From Candidatus Latescibacterota bacterium (GTDB taxonomy: Bacteria; Latescibacterota; UBA2968; GCA-2709665), in contig OZ244744.1 in NCBI GenBank assembly GCA_965219455.1, positions 4,000,001 to 4,064,000 on the forward strand: a stretch of 64,000 nt of DNA. Direction: 5' to 3'. Numbering within the stretch: position 1 is the stretch's first letter; the number at the start of each line of letters is the position of its first letter. The position numbers were made by a program, and so were the translations under genes. Of this stretch, positions 1-8,208 are shown one piece after another. The notes beneath the pieces are model-generated. The model had not been told where the DNA came from. It ran no database searches and saw nothing but the letters and a program-made list of their open reading frames with translations.

Positions 1-148
1 CCAGGAAGCAGAAAAAACCTGAGCCGATCGTCACTGCCGCGCCCGTAACTGCTGTTTTGCGCCGGATACCGACGTAAGCCATGTCGATACGTCCTCGCCA
101 CGCCGCTTCAATGCAAAGACACGGGCTACATTGGAGGTATCTTTTTGT

Positions 149-1054
149 ATGAAGGAGCTTATCGTCGAATTTCTACGCCATCTCACTAACGAGCGTCGAT
201 TGTCGCCGCATACCTGTCGGGCCTACCGGACGGACCTGGAACGGTTCCTGTCTTTCTTGCAAGTCCGATCGGGCGCGGAACACCCGGATGTGAGCGGGGT
301 CGCTCGAGAGGACGTCCGGGCGTTCCTGGGGCATCTGAACGGCGCCGGATTCGGCAGGCGTTCAATCGCGCGGAAGCTGGCGTCGTTGCGCACGTTTTTT
401 GCCTATCTCTGCAGGCTGGGCCATCAGGAGAAGAATCCGGCGCTGCAGGTCCGTCCGCCCAGGCAGGAGAAGAACTTACCGGTACATCTGGACCACGGGG
501 AGGTGCGGCGGGTGCTGGAGAATCCGTCGCCGGATACGGCATTGGGTTTGCGAGACCGGGCGATTCTCGAGCTGTTTTACAGTTCCGGTATCCGGTTGCG
601 CGAACTGGCGGAAATCAGTTTGGATAACCTGGACCTGGACAGCGGTACCGTCCGGGTGACGGGCAAGGGCGGTAAGGAGCGACTCGTGCCCGTCGGAAGG
701 CCGGCTAGAGAAGCCCTGCGCCGGTATCTGATCCGCCGATCCGAACTATTGCCGGCCGATGCGCGCGAGGTTGACCGGCGGCGTTTTTTCCTTAGCCGTT
801 CGGGTAGGGCGCTGAGCGCAAGCGGGGTTCAGGATCGGGTCGTGGGGCATCTCGAAAAGGCGACCGGCAGAAGGCGGTTGGGGCCGCATACCCTGCGGCA
901 CACGTTTGCCACCCATCTGTTGGACGCGGGCGCCGATCTGAATGCGGTCAAAGAGATGCTTGGGCATGCGAGCCTGTCCACGACGCAGGTTTATACCCAC
1001 GTGAGCGTGGAACGACTGAAAAAGGCCTATCGGCAGGCGCATCCACGGGCGTAG
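149..1054 (+). CDS. xerC: Tyrosine recombinase XerC
   Basis: Catalytic residues in GIRLREL, TGKGGK, HTLRH, LGHASL and QVYTH; N-terminal SAM-like domain with LSPHT.RAY..DL; typical C-terminus AHPRA. ATG 149 preferred over TTG 131. Confidence 0.9.
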   Translation: MKELIVEFLRHLTNERRLSPHTCRAYRTDLERFLSFLQVRSGAEHPDVSGVAREDVRAFLGHLNGAGFGRRSIARKLASLRTFFAYLCRLGHQEKNPALQVRPPRQEKNLPVHLDHGEVRRVLENPSPDTALGLRDRAILELFYSSGIRLRELAEISLDNLDLDSGTVRVTGKGGKERLVPVGRPAREALRRYLIRRSELLPADAREVDRRRFFLSRSGRALSASGVQDRVVGHLEKATGRRRLGPHTLRHTFATHLLDAGADLNAVKEMLGHASLSTTQVYTHVSVERLKKAYRQAHPRA

Positions 1055-1058
1055 CGAC

Positions 1059-2786
1059 GTGAGAACACTTAATCGGGTACGCTTTCCTATTTCCCTGTCG
1101 GAAAAGGCGACGCGTGTTCTTATTGGCCTCTTGCCGCTTCTCGCGGGAGCCTGCGCCAACCCCAGGCCTCCGCCTGGCGGACCACCGGACGTGATCCCGC
1201 CGCGGGTTGTCCACACGACGCCGGTGGCCGATTCCGTGGGCGTGGGAACGCAGACTCGCATCCACATCCGGTTCAGCGAATCCATGGACCGCCGTTCGGT
1301 GACGCGTGCGATTTTCGTTTCGCCCCGCTTTTCCACGGATCCGGATTTCAGGTGGCGCGGGCGGGAACTTGAAATTCGTCCGCGCGAAGGCCTCCGCGAG
1401 GACCGGACCTACGTGGTGGCGGTGGGCGCCGCGAGTTCCGACGAGTCGTTTAATCGTATGGAGGCGTCCTACAGTTTCGCGTTCTCCACGGGTCACCGGT
1501 TGAGTGGCGGTGAAATCCACGGACGCGTCCTCGTGCGTGACGGAAAGCGGGGTCAGGTCTACGTATGGGCGTACGATCTGGCGGGAGTTGGCGACCCCGA
1601 TCCTGCAGCCGCCTCCCCTGCTTATGTGACACAGCCCGGCGACGATGGAACGTACCGTTTTGTCCGATTGGGCGCGGGGCGGTACCGGATATTCGCATTC
1701 CGCGACGGGGACCGCGACCAGGCGTATACTCACGGCGAACCGCTTGCGGTACCGCCGGGGGATATCTCGCTCCGTTCGGGCGATAGCCGTGTGCAATTGG
1801 GCCTGCTGAAGATGGCGGTGCGTGACAGCGTACCGCCACGTTTTGTTGCGGCGCGGACACCCGATCGGCGACGGCTGTCCCTGCGGTTCGACGAACCCGT
1901 GGATTTACCCTCGCCGCCTCGCATTTCCGATTCCGACGGGTTCCTCGAGGTGGAGGCGGTCTACCCCGACGCAAGGGATCCCAGCCGGGTGTGGCTGGTT
2001 ACAAGTCCGCAGAAGGCCGAAATGGAATACCGTGTTGAATTGGGCGGAATTGCCGACCGGTTCGGCAATGCGATTGCGCCGGGCGAAGTGGCAACGGTGC
2101 GTGGCGAGGGACAGCCCGACCGACGTGCGCCCGATCCGGTTCGTGTTGATCCGGACGTGGGAGCAAGGCATATTTCGCAAAACGCGGAGTTGCGGATCGA
2201 TTTCAACGAGGCCATGGACCCTTCGACGGATCCTGAGTTTTGGGTGGCTTCCGACAGTACGGACGTCCCGGAGGGACGGTTTTCGTGGCCGCGGCTCAAC
2301 CGGCTTGCGTTTCGGCCCGACGAGGCATGGGTCGCCGGTGAGAACTACGTTCTAAAGGCGCCGGCCAGTAAGCTTTCCGACGTTTCCGGAAACCCGGGCG
2401 AGGGCGAGATCGTTTTCCGGTTTACGGTTGCGTCTCCCAGGGATCAGGGCGCCGTGAGTGGTGCGGTTGTCTCCTCCGACACGCCGATCATGGTCCAGGC
2501 GCAATCACTTTCAGGCCCTGAACGCACGCACGCAGTCAGGGTTGCGCCCGGTGATTCTACCTATTTTCTGGATGCATTGCCGCCCGGACGCTACCGGGTG
2601 CTGGCCTTCGGAGACATTGACGGCAACCGTACGTGGACGCCGGGCGTGGCCAGACCCTTCGCTCCCGCCGAACCCATGTCCTCGCTTCATGATACGATAG
2701 AGGTCGCCCCCCGATGGGAGACCGCCGCCGAGGAGCGGCTCCACATTCAGGCCTGGGTGGAGTCAGGACTTACCAGGGAGAAATAG
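1059..2786 (+). CDS. Lipoprotein with bacterial Ig-like (Big_5-type) domains
   Basis: Lipobox LAGAC followed by ANPRPPPGGPPD..PP; repeated IxFSExMD / IDFNEAMD Ig motifs; GRYRxxAFxDxDGN carboxypeptidase-regulatory-like segments. Confidence 0.75.
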   Translation: MRTLNRVRFPISLSEKATRVLIGLLPLLAGACANPRPPPGGPPDVIPPRVVHTTPVADSVGVGTQTRIHIRFSESMDRRSVTRAIFVSPRFSTDPDFRWRGRELEIRPREGLREDRTYVVAVGAASSDESFNRMEASYSFAFSTGHRLSGGEIHGRVLVRDGKRGQVYVWAYDLAGVGDPDPAAASPAYVTQPGDDGTYRFVRLGAGRYRIFAFRDGDRDQAYTHGEPLAVPPGDISLRSGDSRVQLGLLKMAVRDSVPPRFVAARTPDRRRLSLRFDEPVDLPSPPRISDSDGFLEVEAVYPDARDPSRVWLVTSPQKAEMEYRVELGGIADRFGNAIAPGEVATVRGEGQPDRRAPDPVRVDPDVGARHISQNAELRIDFNEAMDPSTDPEFWVASDSTDVPEGRFSWPRLNRLAFRPDEAWVAGENYVLKAPASKLSDVSGNPGEGEIVFRFTVASPRDQGAVSGAVVSSDTPIMVQAQSLSGPERTHAVRVAPGDSTYFLDALPPGRYRVLAFGDIDGNRTWTPGVARPFAPAEPMSSLHDTIEVAPRWETAAEERLHIQAWVESGLTREK

Positions 2787-2788
2787 CC

Positions 2789-3181
2789 GTGCCCAAAGCA
2801 TCGGAACGTGGCCTTTCCGTCGGGAAGCATTTTACGCCGGCCCTGCTGCTGGTCCTGTTCTGCGCGCTGATTGTCTACCGGCTAACAGCGCAGTCGCCAC
2901 AGGACGGCGAACGCACCCGCGCCCGAATGCACCTGGAGTTGATCTACCGGCTGGAGAGCGCCCACCTGAAGGAATTCGGAACTTATCTGCCCATAGACCG
3001 TGAAAAAAACGGCGGAATCCTCAAATTGAACGAGGTTCCGGGCAGATTCCGTTACCGGGTAACGGTGGAAGGGTCGACATTCGTTGCGGAAGCAAGGGCG
3101 GATCTGGACGGAGACGGCCGGCATGAAGTGTGGTACGTCGATCAGGAGACGCCCGCGCCCGCGCTTTTTCAACAGGACTGA
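2789..3181 (+). CDS. Pilin-like membrane-anchored hypothetical protein
   Basis: GTG 2789 just after the upstream stop; N-terminal hydrophobic helix (FTPALLLVLF...); C-terminal FVAEARADLDGDGRHEVW resembles type IV pilin globular ends. Confidence 0.5.
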   Translation: MPKASERGLSVGKHFTPALLLVLFCALIVYRLTAQSPQDGERTRARMHLELIYRLESAHLKEFGTYLPIDREKNGGILKLNEVPGRFRYRVTVEGSTFVAEARADLDGDGRHEVWYVDQETPAPALFQQD

Positions 3182-3184
3182 GTC

Positions 3185-5740
3185 GTGAGACACAATATCG
3201 GAATCAGGACGCGTCGGTTATGCGCGTGGCTTGTCGTGCCCGCTCTGGCGGGCTGTTTTTTGGCGGCTCCCGTGTTTTCCTATGTGTTCCAGATGCACCG
3301 GAACAACCAGGGCCAGATCGTCACGGTGCGCTGGCCGGCCGGAAAAGCCCGCGCGATCGAATTCTGGCTTGAGATCGACCAGTTTCCCTATTTTGCCAAC
3401 CATGTGAAACGCCTGGTACGCGACGGTTTCGTCGCGTGGGAGGACGTGCCGATTTCATTCGCGGCGTTCAGGAGCCGCGGCGTGGCCGATCTGGAAGTGT
3501 CAGCGACAGACGGGAAGAACGTCATTACCTTTGACCGGAGCGCCCGGAATTTTCCCGAACGCGGCGGTGGTGGTGTGATCGCGTTCGCGCGGATGAATTG
3601 GGACGTTCAGGGACACATTACCGACGTGGATATCGTCTTCAACGGGCGAGACTATTCCTATTCCGTGGGAAATCCCAACGCGGAGAGCAGTCTGGTGGAT
3701 ATGCAGGACGTGCTGACCCACGAGGTCGGCCACCTGCTGGGCCTTGCCCATTCACCGCTGGCGGGTGAGCCAACAGTTCGTCCGTCCATGTATCCCTTTT
3801 ACTTCGGCGAGGAAAGGACCCTTACAACCGACGACCGTGCGGGGGTCGCGGCGCTGTACCCATCGGCAGAGGCGAGAATATCCACCGGCGCGATTTCCGG
3901 CGAGGTGACAAACCGGGACGGCGAAGGCGTATTCGGCGTGCACGTGGTGGCATACCACGCGGAAAGCGGCGCGTTCGCCGCGGGCGTCCTGTCCGGAACG
4001 ACAGGTGAGAACCGGGGGATCGGCGGAGATGGGGCCTATGAAATCAAGGGCCTGCCACCGGGTGAATATCACGTGGGCATCGAACCGGTGGGCGGGTCGG
4101 TGACCACGCGGAATTTCAGCGGCATTTACACCCGGTTCGAGGCCGGCTTCCCTGAGGAGTATTACGACAACCGGGCGATTCGGGGCGTTGCCGACGTGGT
4201 TCGAGTCGCCGCGGGCAGAAGCGTCGCGGAGGTCAACTTTACGCTGGGTACGGCGCTACCGGGCTTTCCGGACGTTCAACCGTCCGTTCTTCCGAACAAC
4301 ACGCCCAGCCCGGCAGGGCCGTATCGACTACAGGTCCGCATTCTGGACGAGGACCCCATTGCTTCCGTCGAGGTGGACTACCGGATCGACGGCGGGTCCG
4401 TCCGGACAATGATGTTGCAGCCGGACCACGGACGGTTTTATTCCGCCGAGTTTCCCGGACGGAAGCGCGGAACGGTGTTTACCTATCGTTTCCGGGCGCA
4501 GGACAGCCAGGGCAATGAGACGGTCTATCCCGCCGAGGAACTGCCGGAACTCCGGTTTGAAGTGCTTGCGCTTTCCGGTGAGCCGGTCGTGTACGTGGCG
4601 CTGCGTCGATCGCGGCAGTTGGCGGTGTTTGATACGGGCCTGGACCGCGAAGTGGCCCGCATACCGCTGGGTGGCGACCCCTTGAGCGTGTTGTTGACAC
4701 CCGACGAGCGATTTGTGTACGTGGCCAACAACGGCGCCGATGCGGATGGCGCGGAAAACAAGCTGATGGCGATCGACACGTCCACGCACGAAGTCCTGGT
4801 GACCCGGGTGGGGCGCGAGCCGCTGGATCTGGCGATGTCTCGAAACGGGTCACGCGTGTACGTGAGCAATGCCGCGGACCAGACCGTATCGGTGGTGGAC
4901 GTGGGCAGTCTGCGGGAAAGGCGGCGCATTTCCACGCCCGTTTCCGGTGAAGGGGAAGAGACACGCGGTCCGTTCGGCATTGCCGTGGGGCCCGAGGAAA
5001 AGTGGTTATACGCAGCGGACATCGACGGGGATCAGGTGATGGTGGTGGATATTGAAGCCGGCCAGGTGACCCAGCGGATCGACGTGCCGGTCTCACCGCG
5101 GTCCCTTCTGCTTACCCCGTCCGGAGACCGGCTCTACGTATCCAGGTTCGGACGAAGCGGTAGCGGCGCTGGCATTTCGGTCATTGATACTAAGTCCTTC
5201 GAAGTAGTAAGCGAAATTGACCAGCCGTCCGCGAGCATCTTCCGGCTCGCCCTCTCCCCGGACGGGAAACGCCTGTATGCGACAGACCGGACCAACGCCA
5301 AGGTGCTGGTTATCAATACTGAACTGAATCGCGTTATTCTGAAGTGGGCATCACGCGGGCGCGAAACCCGCGACGTGGCCGTCTCCGCCGATGGAAAGAC
5401 GGTTTACGCGGCCAACCAGGATTCGAACGAACTGTTGTTTATCGATGCAGCGACAGGATTCATACGCAAAACACTCACGCTGGAAGACGGGCCCAGGGGC
5501 ATCGCCGTGCGAGGGCAGCCGGTCTACGAGGATACCCCGATTACCGATCCGAAACGCGCCGACTTCGACCGCGACGGCAGCGTGGGTTTCGGGGATTTCG
5601 TGCTCTTTGCCCGCGGTTTCGGCACCAGTTCCGGCGATCCGAATTTCGATGCGAATCTGGATCTGAACGGAGACGAACAGGTCAGCTTTGCGGATTTTAT
5701 CCTCTTCGCCGCGGTCTTTGGGATGTCAGCGGGGGGATAG
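3185..5740 (+). CDS. Secreted matrixin (M10)-family metalloprotease with YVTN beta-propeller and C-terminal EF-hand/dockerin-like domain
   Basis: Signal peptide; zinc motif HEVGHLLGLAH plus Met-turn SMYP; YVAN/YVSN/YATD propeller repeats; C-terminal DFDRDGSVGFGDF...DLNGDEQVSFADF. Confidence 0.8.
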   Translation: MRHNIGIRTRRLCAWLVVPALAGCFLAAPVFSYVFQMHRNNQGQIVTVRWPAGKARAIEFWLEIDQFPYFANHVKRLVRDGFVAWEDVPISFAAFRSRGVADLEVSATDGKNVITFDRSARNFPERGGGGVIAFARMNWDVQGHITDVDIVFNGRDYSYSVGNPNAESSLVDMQDVLTHEVGHLLGLAHSPLAGEPTVRPSMYPFYFGEERTLTTDDRAGVAALYPSAEARISTGAISGEVTNRDGEGVFGVHVVAYHAESGAFAAGVLSGTTGENRGIGGDGAYEIKGLPPGEYHVGIEPVGGSVTTRNFSGIYTRFEAGFPEEYYDNRAIRGVADVVRVAAGRSVAEVNFTLGTALPGFPDVQPSVLPNNTPSPAGPYRLQVRILDEDPIASVEVDYRIDGGSVRTMMLQPDHGRFYSAEFPGRKRGTVFTYRFRAQDSQGNETVYPAEELPELRFEVLALSGEPVVYVALRRSRQLAVFDTGLDREVARIPLGGDPLSVLLTPDERFVYVANNGADADGAENKLMAIDTSTHEVLVTRVGREPLDLAMSRNGSRVYVSNAADQTVSVVDVGSLRERRRISTPVSGEGEETRGPFGIAVGPEEKWLYAADIDGDQVMVVDIEAGQVTQRIDVPVSPRSLLLTPSGDRLYVSRFGRSGSGAGISVIDTKSFEVVSEIDQPSASIFRLALSPDGKRLYATDRTNAKVLVINTELNRVILKWASRGRETRDVAVSADGKTVYAANQDSNELLFIDAATGFIRKTLTLEDGPRGIAVRGQPVYEDTPITDPKRADFDRDGSVGFGDFVLFARGFGTSSGDPNFDANLDLNGDEQVSFADFILFAAVFGMSAGG

Positions 5741-5812
5741 AAAAGAAATCGTCGAGTACGGACAAACGTCGCGACGAGATACCCACGACGCAAAATCCCG
5801 TTTGACGGCCCG

Positions 5813-5944
5813 ATCACTCCCCCCTTGCGGGGAAGTCGCCTGCCTGCGTCCGCAGGACAGGCAGGCAGAAGCCGAGCCGGTCCCCTGAGCCTGTCGAAGG
5901 GCTGGCGACGGCTGATGCGGTGGGGGAAATCAACGCCGTACCGT
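5813..5944. repeat. Composite REP-like element, copy 1
   Basis: ATCACTCCCCCCTTG.GGGG.AGTCGC...AGAAGCCGAGCCGG..CCCTGAGC..GTCGAA.GG..GGCGACGGCTGATGCGGTGGGGGAA is shared with 6738-6865. Confidence 0.8.
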
Positions 5945-6037
5945 AACCAAGCAGTGCGAATGAACATGCACCGATGATCTCGCGTAGCGGACTTATTGTA
6001 AGACTCCAATGGAACAAACCATTAGGTGAGGCGAAAA

Positions 6038-6250
6038 ATGCGTTTTACGGCCGTAGTGGAACACTGTAAGGAAACCGGGTTTTATGTCGGTTACGTGCCC
6101 GGCTTTGCTGGCGCGCATTCTCAGGGCGAGACTTTGGATGAATTAAACACAAACCTGACGGAAGTGATCGAGATGCTTGTTGAGGACGGCGAACCGATTC
6201 TCGAGTCCGAGTTTGTGGGAACGCAGCAGATTGTAACCTCAAATGTCTAA
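6038..6250 (+). CDS. hicB: HicB-family antitoxin (short form)
   Basis: YVGYVPGFAGAHSQGETLDELNTNLTEVIEM is the HicB partial RNase H motif; overlaps hicA. Confidence 0.88.
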   Translation: MRFTAVVEHCKETGFYVGYVPGFAGAHSQGETLDELNTNLTEVIEMLVEDGEPILESEFVGTQQIVTSNV

Positions 6251-6467
6251 AATACCAGTACTTAAGCCTCGGGAAGTGACTCGAATACTTGAATCGCTGC
6301 AATTTCGCGAAGTGCGTCAAAGAGGATCGCACAAGCAGTTTCGCCATTCGGATGGAAGAGCGACAACTGTACCGTTTCACAAAGGAAGAGATATTTCGCC
6401 GATATTGCTTCGGCGAATCGCAAGAGACATTGACATTACTGTTGAGGATTTGCTCAGGGCAAGATAG
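6243..6467 (+). CDS. hicA: HicA-family mRNA interferase toxin
   Basis: RQRGSHKQFRH.DGR.TTVPFH...I...LL..I signature. Confidence 0.9.
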   Translation: MSKIPVLKPREVTRILESLQFREVRQRGSHKQFRHSDGRATTVPFHKGRDISPILLRRIARDIDITVEDLLRAR

Positions 6468-6737
6468 AACATCCAGATTTGGAATTGGGATCCCTCGATT
6501 GGATTCACCGCACCTACGTCGGCAGAAGGGTCGAGGAGTTCTCTTAGCCGCGGACTTTGCCGTTCGCGATACGCTGACGACGCGTCCATCGGAATCATCC
6601 CTGCTGTCCTGCTGAGGAAGCCCTGTATGGCGTGCCCGGCACAGGCAGGTGCCAGGCTGACGAAGCATCTCCTGCTCGCGTCGGACGGTGACCGAGCTGT
6701 ATGTCATTCGCCGCGGCCGGACAGCAAGTACATCACT

Positions 6738-6865
6738 ATCACTCCCCCCTTGAGGGGGAGTCGCAGAAGCCGAGCCGGGTCCCTGAGCTTTCCTGCATTG
6801 AGCTTGTCGAAATGTCGAACGGCCGGCGACGGCTGATGCGGTGGGGGAATTTCGACCCCATACCG
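6738..6865. repeat. Composite REP-like element, copy 2
   Basis: Direct-repeat homolog of 5813-5944 with a different nested insert. Confidence 0.8.
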
Positions 6866-6923
6866 CATGCAAGCATCTCGACACGTCAAGGGCTGGATTC
6901 AACTGGTGAATCCGGCCTTTTTC

Positions 6924-6951
6924 TTGACATTACCTGTGAGATGATTATAGT
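6924..6951 (+). promoter_or_regulatory. Sigma-70-type promoter
   Basis: TTGACA (6924-6929), 16-nt spacer, TATAGT (6946-6951), at the left edge of the low-GC block. Confidence 0.55.
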
Positions 6952-7247
6952 ACTTCATAAAGGCCACGTCGGCAGCGACCGTTGATCGACAAGGTTCTCT
7001 TCCGGATTGCGTCGTCGATCTATCTTCACTGTTGAACTGTCGACATGGACAGACCTTCGAAGGTACGCCGTTATTGATACGTAAAAACAGCTGCATGTCA
7101 CGGACCCATTAATCCCGCTTTGTCCAAGCGTGGATAGCGATGCCTTCATCATCGTTCGGCGTGACTTCGCGTTATCAATTGTCGTTTGGTTTTCAAAGGG
7201 CGGATTTCCTCACCGGTATTGTCACAATTCGTCTCCTGAGGCAAATT

Positions 7248-8178
7248 ATGAAAAAATGCGTTGTGATTTTTCTGGATCTACTCGGCTTTAAGTGTTTCAC
7301 AGGCAAGGATCCCGACGCTGCATTGGGAATGCTTGAAGACTTCAACTCGGTACGCTCGATGTGGCGGCAGATTGGCCGAATGGAGAACCCACTCTGCGCG
7401 CCGCAAGGATTGGGGAATCCAGCACCTCAGCTAACTTCGGTAGAGAGCTTCAATTGCTTCATTCCCATGAGCGATGTCGAATTTTCTTATAGGGTGCTTT
7501 TGTCATCGCGGGTGGGCATTTGGCAATTCAAATCCTCGCAATGTGCATGAACAATGTGGCAAGGAATTGGTAATAGATCGACAAGGCAAACCGAGAGTTA
7601 GAGAATACAAAGAAAATTGGTATCCGGTTCTATTTCGAGGCGGGATTTCTTACGCAAAAGCAAAGGCAGTTCAAAATCCGGCGGTGTACGAAGGGGAGGA
7701 GATCACGGTTCCCAATGTAATTGGACCTGGAGTGGTTCGGGCAGTTCAGCTTGAGCAAGGAGGTTTGAAAGGCCCTCGGATCCTCTGTGACGGTGAATTC
7801 GTCGATGAATTAACCTGCCAAACCAAAAGATATCTCAGGCAAGCGGGAGACGCGTGGGAATTGCTCTGGCCGGCTTTCAGTTATATTGATAGAAATGGAG
7901 AAAGCAATCAACGTGACGTGCTTGATGAGCTGTTCTGGCCCGCATTTAGGCTGTGGCAATGCTATTCGGGAAAACCGAAGGAGGAGGAGCACTATCGTGC
8001 GTTCCTTGAACTCATTGTGCGCTCACATATCGCTTATGCCGGAATCGCATCCAACCCTGAATCCGTCTACGAGTATATGCATGAAACGCTCGATAAAGCA
8101 GGACTCAGGCTTTCGGGCACAGACCTTAACGCGAAGCTTGTTTTCCCCAAAGTAAACGACAATGCACAAGAGCGATAG
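7248..8178 (+). pseudogene. Split (frameshifted) class III nucleotidyl-cyclase-like protein
   Basis: The ORF from 7248 carries VIFLDLLGFK and MSD. The shifted frame from 7474 carries LFRGGISY, NVIGPGVVRAVQLEQ and PRILCD. Together these are the ordered motifs of one adenylate/guanylate cyclase fold. Confidence 0.6.
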
Positions 8179-8208
8179 GGTGCGTAGAAAGAAGCAAGGG
8201 ACAATTCC

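Noticed and set aside
149-1054. Tyrosine recombinase as integron integrase or island integrase
   Set aside because: Length and motifs fit housekeeping XerC, no IntI-specific insertion is apparent, and the GC looks like backbone.
5813-6865. Repeats as a CRISPR array
   Set aside because: Only two long composite copies, no regular repeat-spacer period, and no cas genes in the window.
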